This document shows, piece after piece, positions 37,136 through 50,189 of a stretch of DNA of 64,000 nt (within the stretch, counting starts at the first letter, position 1; each line of letters starts with the position of its first letter). The notes beneath the pieces are model-generated. The model saw nothing but the letters and a program-made list of their open reading frames with translations, did no database searches and had not been told where the DNA came from. Origin of the DNA: Glaucostegus cemiculus (lineage: Eukaryota); assembly GCA_976551045.1 (NCBI GenBank), contig CDPCPM010000050.1, positions 15,562,001-15,626,000 on the forward strand, given 5' to 3'. A program made the translations under genes and the position numbers.

Positions 37136-37242
37136 CTGGAAGCTCTCAAGGAACAGAACAATAAATGCCAAGAAGACTTGAACCACTCAAAACAGCAGCT
37201 GAGCTCAGAGAATAAGAGAATAGGAAGCCTTTGCAAAGAAAT
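37136..37242 (+). CDS. CLIP1: CLIP1 exon
   Basis: ctttatcag|CTG; LEALKEQNNKCQEDLNHSKQQLSSENKRIGSLCKE(I); AAT|gtaagt; 107 nt. Confidence 0.92.
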
Positions 37243-38089
37243 GTAAGTAACTGTCTTAATGTTCAAAATGACAGTGACCTGCTGGTAAAGATAGATTCTT
37301 TATGTGGCAGTGTTGCCATCTCTTAATGCTAGAATTAATTTCACTAATCTTCTTCAGCTTTTCTATTTTCATATGTCACAGTGGGGGAGAGCTAGAAATT
37401 TATTTTTTTCTAAACACCTGTCTTGGAAAGCTTCCTGTAATAATGATATTTAAATAGAGCATTTTCTTTGTCTTCTACTGGTGTGTAGTCTCCATGTCTG
37501 TAATTTTCCCTCTATTAGGTATAGCTTGGCTTTGGAATGGTATCTCCCTTTGCTAAAAATTGTTGTGATTGGAGTCATTCACCTGTACTGAAAATAAAAG
37601 ACATAATTTTATTAGCAACATTATCAGAATTGCAATGTCACTCATTGTGCAGGTAACAGATTACTATGTTTTCTCCCCAGCAATTTCGCCGATTGCATTT
37701 TTCCTCCTCCCCTCTTCCTTGAAGGTATTAATTTCATGCTTGGCTACAGTGATTCACTTTGGCCATTCATCTGGAAGTTTCTTCTTTAATTCAATGAATA
37801 CCTTGTACAATTCACGTTAAGATTCACCTAACCTAAGCAGAATTTTCATAATAGTAGTTCTGATCCCTAGAAGTGATTTACAACTCAAATATGTATAGCA
37901 CCTAATTCTTTGGTATTCCTTTTGAATACAAGAGAAAAAAGTGAATGACTTAGAGTCACAGAGTGATGCAACGTGGAAACGGGCCCTTGGGCCTACCGAG
38001 TCTGTGTTTGATATGTTCTGTCAAATTTTGAAGATTGAGTCCAGGTCCTCCTTGCGTACATGACTCTCTATGCAGAGAAATTTCTGAAT

Positions 38090-38400
38090 TTCAGAAATGA
38101 TAATGACTCCTTGTAGTTATATTGTGTTTTTAACACAGCTAAACATCCCAGGGCTTTTTAACAAAACCATTACCATTTAAAAAATATTTTTGACCTTGAT
38201 CCTCAGAGGATATTCAAAGATAGGTGACCAAAAGCTTGATCAAAGAGGTGGGTTTTAAGAAGAGGAAAGGGGCAGAGAGATTTAATAAGTGAGTCACAGA
38301 GCTTAGATCCAAAGAAGATGATATCATCATGGCTGGCAGTGGTGGAATAATTAAAATTTGTTTGTATAAGGTACAAAATTTGAAATAAAGCAGAGATTGC
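38090..38400 (-). mobile_element. L2-type LINE 3' end
   Basis: aaacatcccagggcttttta...aggtgaccaaaagcttgatcaaagaggtgggttttaagaag. Confidence 0.6.
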
Positions 38401-41400
38401 CAGAGGATTCAGAAGTTACACAATCTTGATATTTTTCTTAGTTTGTTTTCCATCTTAAATGGGTGTTGCATTGGATGCACTCTCACCTTTAAGATCAATC
38501 ATGCCCAGAACAACTATGTTTCCTTTGCTATTCAGGGTCCAATGTGAAACAAGTTTAGGCATTCACAGTCTTGTTCCTTGTAAGTTTAAAATTCTTAATA
38601 ATTCAATACTAAGGCAACATTACATAGATATGCTAAAGGATTGTTGATGGGAACTAGTGGGGACAAAAATGTAAACCAGTAAATAAACATGTTTTTAAAG
38701 TTGAGTGGAAAGGTGCTTTTTTCCCTGCAGCTGCCTGTGTTGTGCTCCCTCAGGGATTGCTTGATGCTAGCACTGAATTTCAGAAATGGAAAATGTTCTG
38801 TTCCTAAGCACCAGCAATTAGCCACACAATAAAAATCTGCATTTTTGGCATAGATTGAAAGCGTTGTCAAGCTCTTGTATAGTTATCAAATTAATTGTTA
38901 GTTTTAACAGAGATTTTTGGTGACAAAGATGATTCCTAAATCAGAAATAAATACATCACTTAGTGAAAAATTTAATGTTTATTTTTGGTATTGATGCGAA
39001 ATTGTCAGATTTGTTTCAAAAACAGTTGTTCTATGTCAAAATTCTTATTTAAAAATGTTAAAGAAAAAACTACATAAACCTTTAACTATTTGCTCCATTT
39101 CCTATTTGTGCCTTGGTTGTTGGTCCTTCATGAAAGGAACATGAAGGAATAGGGCGAGGCTCAGGCTTATTTGAAAAGGACAGCTTGGACACATTCCAAG
39201 GGAATGTAACATCCTCTTTTGTCTCCTTTGTAAACAGGGATTCTATTCTGGGCTTTAAGATATTTGTTCTTAAATACATGGGAGGCATGTCAGTATGAGA
39301 ATCAGGAGAATATTAAAATACAGATAACTGTGTAACTTGGTTTTTTTTGCAGTAACTCAGATCTAATATCACACTACATGTCTTTATAAATCTACTTGTT
39401 AGAGATAGAGAATATGATTTATTCCAAATCCAAGAAAGATCGTCACTGTTTATTATCTTGATAAACTGTTACTGCTGGGTAATGATGAAAAATGTATGGT
39501 TGTACTCTGGTTGATTTCGATTATAATCTCTCATTGTAACAAAAAGATTTTGCATATTTTAATACTGAGAGACTTTTTTTGAGATAACATTAACAAAACA
39601 AGTATTGATGTTGCAGAAAATACTGCAGATGTCTACTTCACTGTGTTAACAGCATTCTGTCACAGCTGAAGATGTTGATCAGTGAATGGAGGACATTATG
39701 ATGTATGCAATCTCTGTTAAAGTTGTCTTGCTGAATGAAGTTCATTGTTCAGCTGTGTGTTATTTCAAAACTTTACGCTAGAAAGTATGATGGAACAGTT
39801 AACAATTCTGCTCTCCGTTAATCTTTGAATATTCATATGTTTAAGGATAAATTAAATAACATTTCACACTTAAAATCTTGATGGCAGCTGTGCAGTGACA
39901 TCACACAGTATAATTTGGAAGAGTGGGATGTCCATTCATGTTTGTATTTTGTCCTCTGCAGTATTACTTTTTTCAACTCTTGAGCCTGCTGGCACCTGGG
40001 TTCATTAGTTGAAATCAATTTTTCATCAATGTGATAAAAAGGAGACAAACTGCTTCTCCACCTTGAGTGGATAATGGAAATCAAATGGGAACATATCCCA
40101 GGCCACATTCATTATATCCAGGAAGGCCGAGAGACACTGAACAGGACTAGGTACAAACATTTTTCTTCTCTTTAAATGAATGAGATAGTAGAACACATGG
40201 TGAGATAAAAAGTAAAGGTGTAGAGCTATCAAATGCTTTATGTAATTTATCAATGAAGTCTGATTCAACAATGAAATACTAAATTATATTATGCATGCCT
40301 CCACGTTTCATCCCTCAATTTCTGGGAAATATGAAACCAAGTCAATGTATTGACTTCAGTTTTTCAAAATGAAGAAGATGCTGGATTTTAGGATCAGAAG
40401 CTGGTTTCGTAAATTCAGATTGAATACTGAATATGTACATCATTTATAACTGTTTTATGGCTCATCTGGGCTCTCTGTTGGCTGAGATTTCACTAGAACT
40501 GGATATTAATTACTATAGCTTTTGATTTTTAATTCTTACCCAATGCTGCAGAAGCATGGTGTTTCATGGTATGGTACAGTCCATCCGTCATCTTTGGACA
40601 GTTTCTGCTCATCAGGATATGTTTAAAACACTTCATCAAAGTTAAACATGCTTCATAAGGTTTAAACTACACTTCCTGAGTGGTATATTTAAATGAAGCA
40701 CTTTCACTCAACTCTGAGCATGCTGGCACCTGTATGTTCATGTGTGCACAAAATTGTGTTCATAAACACCTGATGTAGCATCTCAGCTTTTATATGTCCA
40801 AAGCTTTGTAAGTATCTTCATGGGCATGCCAGAAGATTTGCATGTGTGCGTTCATGTAGCAATGTGCTATGACTTATCACTGACTTTTGAGGCTGAATGT
40901 TAAAAATCAAGTGAACTATGTATCTTTAACAAATTGCTTAAGAGTAATAGAATCATTGTCTTAAGCTTCTTGTGCAGTTTGAAATATTAGGTGTATTACT
41001 CAGTAACTAAGTGGCATGCTTATGGGCAGTTTGTACATTCCCTATTTTTTTATTGCTGGTTATTAAAATAAATGGAAGTTTGCTTTATTTACTATAATTA
41101 CAAATTGGAATGACCACTACTTTCTATTGTAGCTTATATGGACCAAATGCAATGAGCTAAAGCAAATGCTAAATACTTGTCATTAAATCTCAAACTTCAT
41201 TTTATTTTCTTTAATGACAATACCTGTTGAGATGTATATGCAGTGCTCTTTGGTTTAACATGTTTATACCCCAAATTGCATTTTCACTTTTGAAAGGAAG
41301 CACTCTAGATTTACAAATTTTATAATTTTTGTGAAATTTAGCTTAGAAGCTAAATACTTGGCGCTGTCATTGACTCAAATTATTCTGGCTGATTTTATCA

Positions 41401-41409
41401 ATTGAAGCA

Positions 41410-41550
41410 AAAAAAAATGCAAATGCTGGAAATCTGAAATAAACAGAAATTGTCAGAGGCACCTGCAGGTCAGGCAGCATTTGTAGGGAGAGAAAAACAA
41501 ATGCTGCCTGACCTGCTTAGTGCTTCAGGTTTTTTCTGTTTTCGTTTCTG
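41410..41550. repeat. Short fold-back element with perfect 20-bp inverted repeat
   Basis: GCAGGTCAGGCAGCATTTGT (41465-41484) and ACAAATGCTGCCTGACCTGC (41497-41516). Confidence 0.85.
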
Positions 41551-41944
41551 GGTGAGTTTCGTTGCTTAGATTTTGTGACCCTAATATCTGTATTAAATAA
41601 CTACAATTTCCCTATAATTGGAACACACATAGAGATTGCTTCCCTTATTTCTAACAAAGTAATTTTTTAATTGAATTAAATGGTAGGTAAGTGTCCCATT
41701 AATATTTTACATATTACTGCTTTGGGATTATGGAAGAGGTACAGGGAAGAATCATTGTGACCCTGTCTGTCCACTCATTAAGCCTACCTGGCTTATCTCA
41801 CTGAAACTCTGTAACCTAGAATCCAAGGATATGAACTGGATAGAGACAGGGCCTCTATAAGGAGGCTTTACCCCAAAAACATCTGACACCGATAAAGCTT
41901 TTTAAATCTGCAATGTCGTAGACTTATTGCAGCTTCAGCGACTG

Positions 41945-42250
41945 AATGTGCTGAGAGATGCACTGAAGCTAGGTACAGCCAACGCAAAGGCGCGGTGGGG
42001 AAGGGCCACAGTTTAGGGTTCTTCTGCCACAGGAGAAGGAGGGGCAGGGTCAGGCGAGGAACCCCCTCAAATGTTGTAAATATGGGATTGGGGTATCACC
42101 CCAGGGAGCCACACAAGTGGCATCAGTGGTGTGTTTTGTATATATAAAAAGGTAACACTAAGAATGGAACTGTAATTGAATGTAAAGGTTTGAACTGTTT
42201 TATTGTATATAGTTTATTATGAATAAAGTTTATTTTGTTAATAAAAAAAA
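41945..42250 (+). mobile_element. L1/Tx1-type LINE 3' end, 5'-truncated
   Basis: VLRDALKLGTANAKARWGRATV* (41948-42016), then 3' UTR, AATAAA and an A tail at about 42243-42250. Confidence 0.7.
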
Positions 42251-45200
42251 CCACCTCCTGATTCCAGTCAGAACCATAGGCAATAGTCAGCACAATCCAG
42301 CCCATAGTAATAAAAGGGTTTAAGGAATAAAGTTGTATTTTCTTTATCTGACTCCATCTGTATCTAATGTATAACTTGGCCATTGCTGTATTTTGTCAAC
42401 TTGCATTTATCTTAAATATGAATACCAACTCAAATTTATGGAATACTTTTTAGGTAGAGAATGCTTTAGAAGTGAAATGAGCCCAAGAAGTAGCTATTTA
42501 AAGGATGGCCAAAAGCTTTGTCAAAGACATTTTAAGGAGGGTATTTGGTTAAATAGGCAATTCTTTATAAATTTCCAAAACTGTAAGCAGAAGGAATTTT
42601 CAGAACAATCAAATCTTCATCTCCAATTACCGTTATCACAGTTTAGAAATGAATTTTTGTGTTTAGGTCAGTAATGCACAACATACACCCCACGGGACAG
42701 TTCTGCCTGAGGATGCTTCCATCTAGTCTGCCTCAGTGGCAAGCCCCATCCACAAAAACACATTAATGGCCAGTTAGGCCACACCCTCAATGTTATTAGC
42801 AGTCAAAATTGTCAGAGCTTAGATTGTTTATGAATGTAAGCATTCAAAATTATTCAAACTTGCACAATGCTAAAATGATTTTAAAGTAGTGCTAGAAATT
42901 ACGAGAAAACACTGGGTTATAATAATAAGTTAGCAATTTTATACATCTAAGGCCATTGAATTTTTTAGAAATGCAAATTACCTGAAATTTACCCCTCTTC
43001 CTTGCAGCACCTCCTCTCCTTCAAAATGAATGTAACCAGTGCTCTACTGCTGGACTGGTGTAGTTCCACAGTAGAGCATGGTCAAAATGAAAGCTGCAGG
43101 GATTTCCTCAGGAAGCAACTCACATAAATAGCCCAAGCTGTCAGAAGGCCGTCAGGACAGTCTACCATTTGTGGCCTTGTAGCTATTCATAGGCTGTTGC
43201 ACTTCAAAGCACCACTATAACAAGACCTTGGGAGCCAGGAGTCTAATAAGAGGGAGGGAGGAGGTGATAGAAGGATAATGCTAGCTTCAGGTTAAACCAG
43301 CCCACTGATCCCTCTAACCTTGATGGCCAGTAGAATGGCATTTATACAAGCTTGATGCATATATCATACTTACACATTTACACTGCTGTTAAGTATGTGG
43401 GACCATTTTCTTGAGATTCCCGAATTCAATAAAATTTGAGCTCCATTTTACATATTCATTTTGTTCCTCCAGAATCACCCAATTTTTCCTGTCTTTAGGG
43501 GTGGGCTGATTACTTTGTACTTCTGCAATTTGTTGACTTTAGTTCATTTTTTAAAAATATTTTTGAGGAAGATTTCTTAAAGTAGGAGTTAGTAGATTTT
43601 TCATCCTATTTTGAAATGTAGGCCTTTAAAATGAATCACGAGTTTAGCAACCAGTGAGCAAAAACATCACTGTTTTTGTTTTACAATTTCATAAGCTAGT
43701 ATCCTGCAGTTCTGCAATAAATTTGCAACATAGGATTTATGCCCCAGTTTTAGTGACTGTATCTTCATATTGAGGAATTCTTGAGGCAAAATTCAATATT
43801 TCTAATGCAAATTCTTTCTATTTGACAATTCTTACAAATTGAAGAATAAATTGATATAACTCTATCTCAATTTAAATGAGTCATGTCTCTGAAATTGCTT
43901 ATCAAGAACCTTATGACTTCAAACTCTTTCATCATGGATGCCAGATCATTTTTCATTTTAACAATCTCTTGTGATATCCATGTGTGCAATCATCAGGTCA
44001 AAAGCATCTGTATATTAGAATATACTTCCGTACTTCTCTCATGAGTGTACCCTAATCTACTTGAGTACTATACTAGATTGCTCCCACAACTATAAACATC
44101 ACATTCAGAACATTTGTAGTAAAGTCGCTGCATGATTAACTGTCACCCAATGTGATGCGACATGGCATACAGATGTCAAAGCTCTCAGAACAACCCTGTT
44201 TCCCCAGCATACTTTTGTCTGATCCAGAATTTACTCCATTATATAACAGCACTATGCTTGGCCCTATCCTTAACATGGCACTGAGACTCAATAAGTTCCA
44301 TAGTTTATATACTCGTATAGATACTTCCTTTAGGGCATCAATCCAAGTCACGTAAGATAGCAGATCTTAACAATACTACTGGTGACAAAGGCAAGAAGTA
44401 ATGGAAGTCACTGCACCATCAACTGATAACTGAAAACTCAAGCAGGCAGAGACCCAAGAGTCTTAAACATTGCAATTCATCACCTTGGAATACTGAACAA
44501 AACCCCATGGGTGACAAATTAGTAGACTGACGTACTGGAAAAGCTCTGACCTGTTCCTACAGCACTTCACTTTGCACTAATGTCGCTTCAGAGCATCACT
44601 TTATAAAATAAAAATCCTGAACTAGCCCTGTGTGAATGCAGTGGCCACCAAGTAGAGCAGTATTTAATTTCTGGATAGGACTGAAAGCACTGATGAGAAG
44701 TTCTTAGATTTTAAAGTTGGTATCTGATGCCAAACAAAACAAGAAGCCATTTCCAGGTATATGCCCAGTCAACGTAACCTCTTCATTTAAGTATTAAAAT
44801 TCACATCTGTGACAAAGCTTTAGGTTCTCTGTCTAAAATCCCATCATTTGTTGTGCATGGTTCAGAACAATGCAAGTTGATTTTACATAACTAATTTGAC
44901 AGAATTTTAATCCCATCTTTAAAATTTGAAACTCTCCACACCAAATCTTGCTGGTAAGTACAGCTGGTTCTGTAAATGGAGCCAAATTTGATGCTTTGCA
45001 TCAATTCAGACTTGGAGGTCCAGATTTCCAGCCAGCAAATTTGGTACTTCAGGCAGATTGATTGCAGTAATATTTTTAATTATTTAAAAGTATTTTAATA
45101 GTTTTATCTTATTTTAGTTTACATCATTTCAATTATGTCATTTCAGATTTTTTTTTGATTACTTCTGAATGTCAGAGGTTTTTCAAAAGGTAACAGACTG

Positions 45201-47473
45201 CAAAGCTGGTATCAGGGCTTTGCCTTATGTAAGATTTTTCTCAGCAGTTTTGTGGGCTTGTTCTGTAAACCTACTTGACCCACTTGCATTGCATGAGACC
45301 CTGGTGCCATAGTGAACTTTACTATTTCAGTCCAACACACCACTGACCAGCAGATTCTACCTTTTTGGATCTGAATCAGGTGAGTGCAAGGCAATGAATA
45401 ATCTGTGCAACAAGTGCAGGCAGCATGCCTTACTCACAAAATCAGGACCCTTTTCTCACACTATTACCAGTGAATCTATTCCCCTGGATTCATGTTATTC
45501 GAATATAAAAAATTTACAAATCTATTTGAGGTTCTCCTTGCCTTTTGCAGGTGCCATGCACAATTCTGCTGTAACTTTCTGGGCCTTTGTACGTGCTGCT
45601 GTTGGCATTACTCAGGCATACATGTCAGCAGTCTGGGTTGATAAGCCCACAAGAAACTTTTCCTCTCCCCATGTGATACATTGCTTATGCTTGATCACCC
45701 ACGCAAAGCTTGGAGTTCTCCTTATGGAGAATGAAGATTGTAAATTTGCCCCTCTCTGCAAGATTTCATCTAACATCAGTCTTTCGACCAGTGCAAGTTG
45801 AGCAAGACCATGTTCCCACTTAAAATTAGTAACCAAAAGTGCTTTCAGTTGTATTTTTTTTTTCATTTCATTCAATGGTGGTAGTATCATTGGGTTTGTT
45901 GCTTAGAAATTCACACCTTTTTAATATTGGATTAAATTTCACCTCAGTCCATCAGTTGAACTTTGTTCACATTTTGTTCTTTGCTCACGCCACCCTCTTG
46001 CCATAAAGTGGTCCTCTCTGCGGCCTTTCTACTCTTTTTATGAACTATCCACTCTATTTCTGTTGATGTGCTTTCTACAGACTCATTAATTTCCCACAAT
46101 TACGTTGATTATATTTTTATCTACCTTGTAAGAACCACACCCCCTTTCTCCTCAGTTTGTATTCACTGGTTTGGCTCTGCTTTCCACACTAAGGTATCCT
46201 AGATGTCCTCCCTTTTCCTGAGTTGATATTTTGATGTGTGAGTCATTGGGGATAATTCAGCATATCTATCTGTACTTTGTGTTTTAATTTCATATATGCT
46301 ACCTGTGCAGCTGGCTTTTTTCTTAATTCTACACAAACTAAAGCAAGTTTTTATTTTCATTTGTTTACAACCTCCTTTCCCCCCCACCCCCGACTCTAAA
46401 TGGATGTCTGTATATTCAAATGTACGTCTCTACCTCTGCATCACCTCACAGATCTGGATTTCTATTAAGTTCACTAAAGGGTGACACTGTCCTTCTCCAC
46501 TTTATTTTCCAAATTCCAACCACTGGTCACATATCTGATGCATCATATTCTTTGTTTTACAGGTTCTAACAGTTTTGTGTATTTTTGTGTCTAATTTCAT
46601 ATTTGAGCTTTTCCTTTTAATAATGTATCTTATTCACTACTATTTCACATGCACAATTTAACACACTGTCTACCTTTTTTTAAAACTTTTTTTTCCCCAG
46701 TCTGTGCTCTTAATCATTGCCAAGCAGTTACCGGCACTTTGCCAATGCTGTTCTCAACTAGCTGTTAGATGCTCTAAAATGACTGGTCCTCCTGTTTTAC
46801 CATTTCCCACCTCCTTCCCAACCAGCTCTTCATGAAAGTTTTTTTTTCTCTCCTCCTACATCTTTCCAGCAATTCTGTTTGAGGTCAGGAAATTACCACG
46901 TGAGGAACAGTGGGACATGGTGCATTATACTTCACCATTTTGTGTCATGGTGATTCAGTACACAAATCTGCTTGTACTACAGGGAGTGAAATTGTATCCT
47001 TTAATGGTTTGGGTCATCAAATAATCCATTTTAAAACTCAGATTCTGTACTGAGATGAATTATTCAAACATGCAGCTTTTCAAAGATATTCTCCATTGTA
47101 ATGTTGATGTTAGACAAAATAAATATTCATGTTTTACTTAAATTGAAATTGATGCCTATAAGCTTTACAGCTAACATGCTTGTTTTTAGCTGTAAGTTGC
47201 AGTGGATCAGTTTGTTGTAGCAATGAACAAGTGAAGCTTGCAAAATAATTCTAAAAATATTTCTGTTTCTGTTATTGTTTAAGAACTGATAACTCCCTGG
47301 ACATTTAAGTTTTATGGTTCTGAAACTCCTGGTTTATTTTTGCATGATTTGTATTTTTAATAATAAAAGCTTATTTTGGACATCTCACATCAGATTAGCA
47401 TATGTGACCTAGAAACATTTTAAAGATATGATGCTGATCCTCTCCCACTGCTTCTTTGCTTGACTCTCATCAG

Positions 47474-47491
47474 TGGTTACTATAGTAACCA
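47474..47491. promoter_or_regulatory. Perfect 18-bp palindrome containing an RFX X-box-like motif
   Basis: TGGTTACTATAGTAACCA is its own reverse complement; core GTTACT-AT-AGTAAC fits GTNRCY-N2-RGYAAC. Function is inferred. Confidence 0.45.
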
Positions 47492-47513
47492 TGCACTCAC
47501 TTTGCCTTTGCAG

Positions 47514-47634
47514 AGAGGAGCTGAAGCTGGCAGCAGCCCAGAAGTCCCAGCAGCTGGCAGCACTACATGAGGAAAACAGCAAACTGGCAAGCGAGCTGGG
47601 TAGGAGCAAGGACGAAGTCACCAGCCATCAGAAG
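47514..47634 (+). CDS. CLIP1: CLIP1 exon
   Basis: ctttgcag|A; [40 protein letters not shown]; AAG|gtatgc; 121 nt. Confidence 0.95.
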
Positions 47635-48039
47635 GTATGCGATCAGAAAAGGCACTTTGATTTTCCTTCCTCACAACAATTAAGTACTGGCATTTTTAGA
47701 ATTTCAGAATGAGTAATATGTTAAACTTGGATTTATTCATCTAGTGTTCCATTTTGTGCAGTATAATTTACTTCAGCAAACCAGTTAATATGTAATCAAG
47801 GGGAGCGGTTTTGCTAATTACAAAGTGGTCAGTCTAGACATTTAAATGGCTCATCTAGTCCAAAACTTAACTTTTTGGTCACCTAAAGCTTAGGAATTAG
47901 GATATTCATAAGCACAGCCCCTGTACAGATTGTTACCCCTAGCAACATGCATGCATGTGCATCTATTTACATAATTTAATTCAGTTTCTGGTTTAATGTG
48001 TTTACTAGCTAATTTCCTGAAATTATAATATCCCCATTG

Positions 48040-48490
48040 AGAAATATGTTTGATTTTTTCCCCTCTGATTTTTAACATAGATTACCTCCTTAAGCAATAT
48101 CTTGACTGAAATTCTAATCCTTGTTTTAACTCTCTCCAAGGCTTCTCCTACCTCCCTATCTCTGTAATTCCATCCAGCCCTACTACCCTCTAAGATGCTC
48201 CTCCACCTATTGACCTCTGGACCATCCCTGAACTTAATTGCTTACCATTGGTGGCTATATCTTCAGCTGCCAAGCCCTAAATTCTGGATTTCTGTCATGA
48301 TTTGTTTTGTCCCTTTAAAAGATTCAATCTTTAGAACTCTCTTTTTAAAACAACCTCTTTGACCAAGCTTATGGTCATCTGCTGAACCATCTTCTGAGGC
48401 TCAGATTTTGCAGGATAATGTTTATGCACAGTGCCTTGGGACAACTTGCTACACTAGAGGTTCTATATAAATGGAGATTGTTATTTTCAA
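48040..48490 (+). mobile_element. L2-type LINE 3' end
   Basis: ccctatctctgtaattccatccagccctac...ccattggtggctatatcttcagctgccaagccctaa...acctctttgaccaagctt...gtgccttgggac. Confidence 0.7.
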
Positions 48491-48649
48491 TTTAACAGTA
48501 CTATGCTGGATTATTGTTACACATTGTTTACATTGACCTACAGAAATGTGATTGGTTATAAGGAGGCACATGGGACTTGCAGCCATTATTGAATTCCATT
48601 TTTTTAAAATTCAGTGTAGAAATAAAAGTACCACATTTGTTTTTATTTC

Positions 48650-49080
48650 ATTGATTTGGGAAGCTTTGTTTGTAAACTAATGGAATAAAATAATTCATTT
48701 TTAAAACAGACTTTGAAAAGTAGCCATAAATATAAGAGGGACCTCGATAGAGTAATTAAGAAAGATATATTTCCCTTAGGATCAGGCTCAAAAATCAGGG
48801 CATAAGGTAAAAGTAATTGGTAAAGGGAAGATGAGGAAAAGTGCTTCACCCAGTGGGTGCTGGGGTCTGGAACTCACTGCCTGAAAGGGTAGTAGAGACC
48901 GAAACCCTCATCATATTTAAACAATATTTGAACATGTACCTGAAGAGCTGTGACCTGCAGGGCTACAAACCTAGTGCTGAAAGGTGAGATTATTTAATAG
49001 GTCTTTTTTTTACTATCACAGATATGGTGGACTGAATGACCTACTTCTTTAAGCTGTGAATTTTCTGTGATTCCGTGATT
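48650..49080 (+). mobile_element. CR1-type LINE 3' end
   Basis: gatgaggaaaagtgcttcacccagtgggtgctggggtctggaactcactgcctgaaagggtagtagag. Confidence 0.75.
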
Positions 49081-50189
49081 ACCAACATTTCTCTTGGGCA
49101 AAGTTTAATTTATAGCTAAACAATAAGATAAGTCATTGTGGTACATAGTGTACCATAAGCAAAACCCAATCAAGTTGGTAATCAAGGTAAAACTCTTTTA
49201 AGTTTTATATTGTAAGAATTAATCATAAGAATAGCTCTAAAAATAATATGCTATATTCCAAATATTTCCTATATCCCAGCTGGTATCACAAGCTTTCCAT
49301 AAGCTTGAGCATTAAAATATTCTCCCATATTTCATTGTTTAGACTTGGTTACACTCTGAAACTGATAATAGAAAACGAAAGATAAATGACAAAAAATCTT
49401 GTTTCGTTATCTAACCTCAGAAATGCTGTGGTTAGCTGTCCTGATCCAGAGGTAGAACAGCAGGCAGTGATTATTGAAAGATGCACTTCTGGCCAAAGTT
49501 TTTTTTTTAAATATATGCTTTTGAGTTTTTAGACAGTACAATTATACATCACCCTATTATGGCCTATTTTATTAAAGTCACTTGAACTATCAAAAGCTTT
49601 ATTCTGTTGGGCCATGATCACAATAAACTGAATCGAGGCATTTTGCGTATCTTAGAATCTTCAGAGGAAAGGTTTGTATTTTTAATCCATTGAGATATCT
49701 TGCACTCACTCACTGGTTTGATTCACTCCCATTGCAAGTGCAGATTTCTCTTGGATGTCACAAATATTCCTAAAAATTAATCTTGTCTCAAATGTGATAG
49801 AATTAGTATTTTAAAATAGGTCTATTTTAAACATTACGTTCTAACTTAGTAAAACAATTCTAGTTAAATTGTTCACTTGCAGTGTAAACTATTTTATGCT
49901 CCAAGGCAAAAGTCCCTTATTTTGTTATTCCAAATGACCTTATCCATTAATTACCTGTCCATACCCTTATCAGAATATATAGTATTTCAACCTCTTAAAT
50001 TCCAATTCTAATCTGACCAACAATTTTCCCTAATCATCTGCAGAACCCCATCCTGATCAAATCCTCTGAGCACCCCTGTCCCACCATTATATAATTTCAC
50101 TCTAGCCCCCATACGTGTGCCTCAATACCCAGGTGGTACATGTACCACTGCTTGGGAACTCCTTTATAGTTTTAACAGTAGTTATATAA

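Noticed and set aside
47165-47195. 10-bp inverted repeat TTACAGCTAA / TTAGCTGTAA
   Set aside because: Short and AT-rich; plausible by chance in 64 kb.
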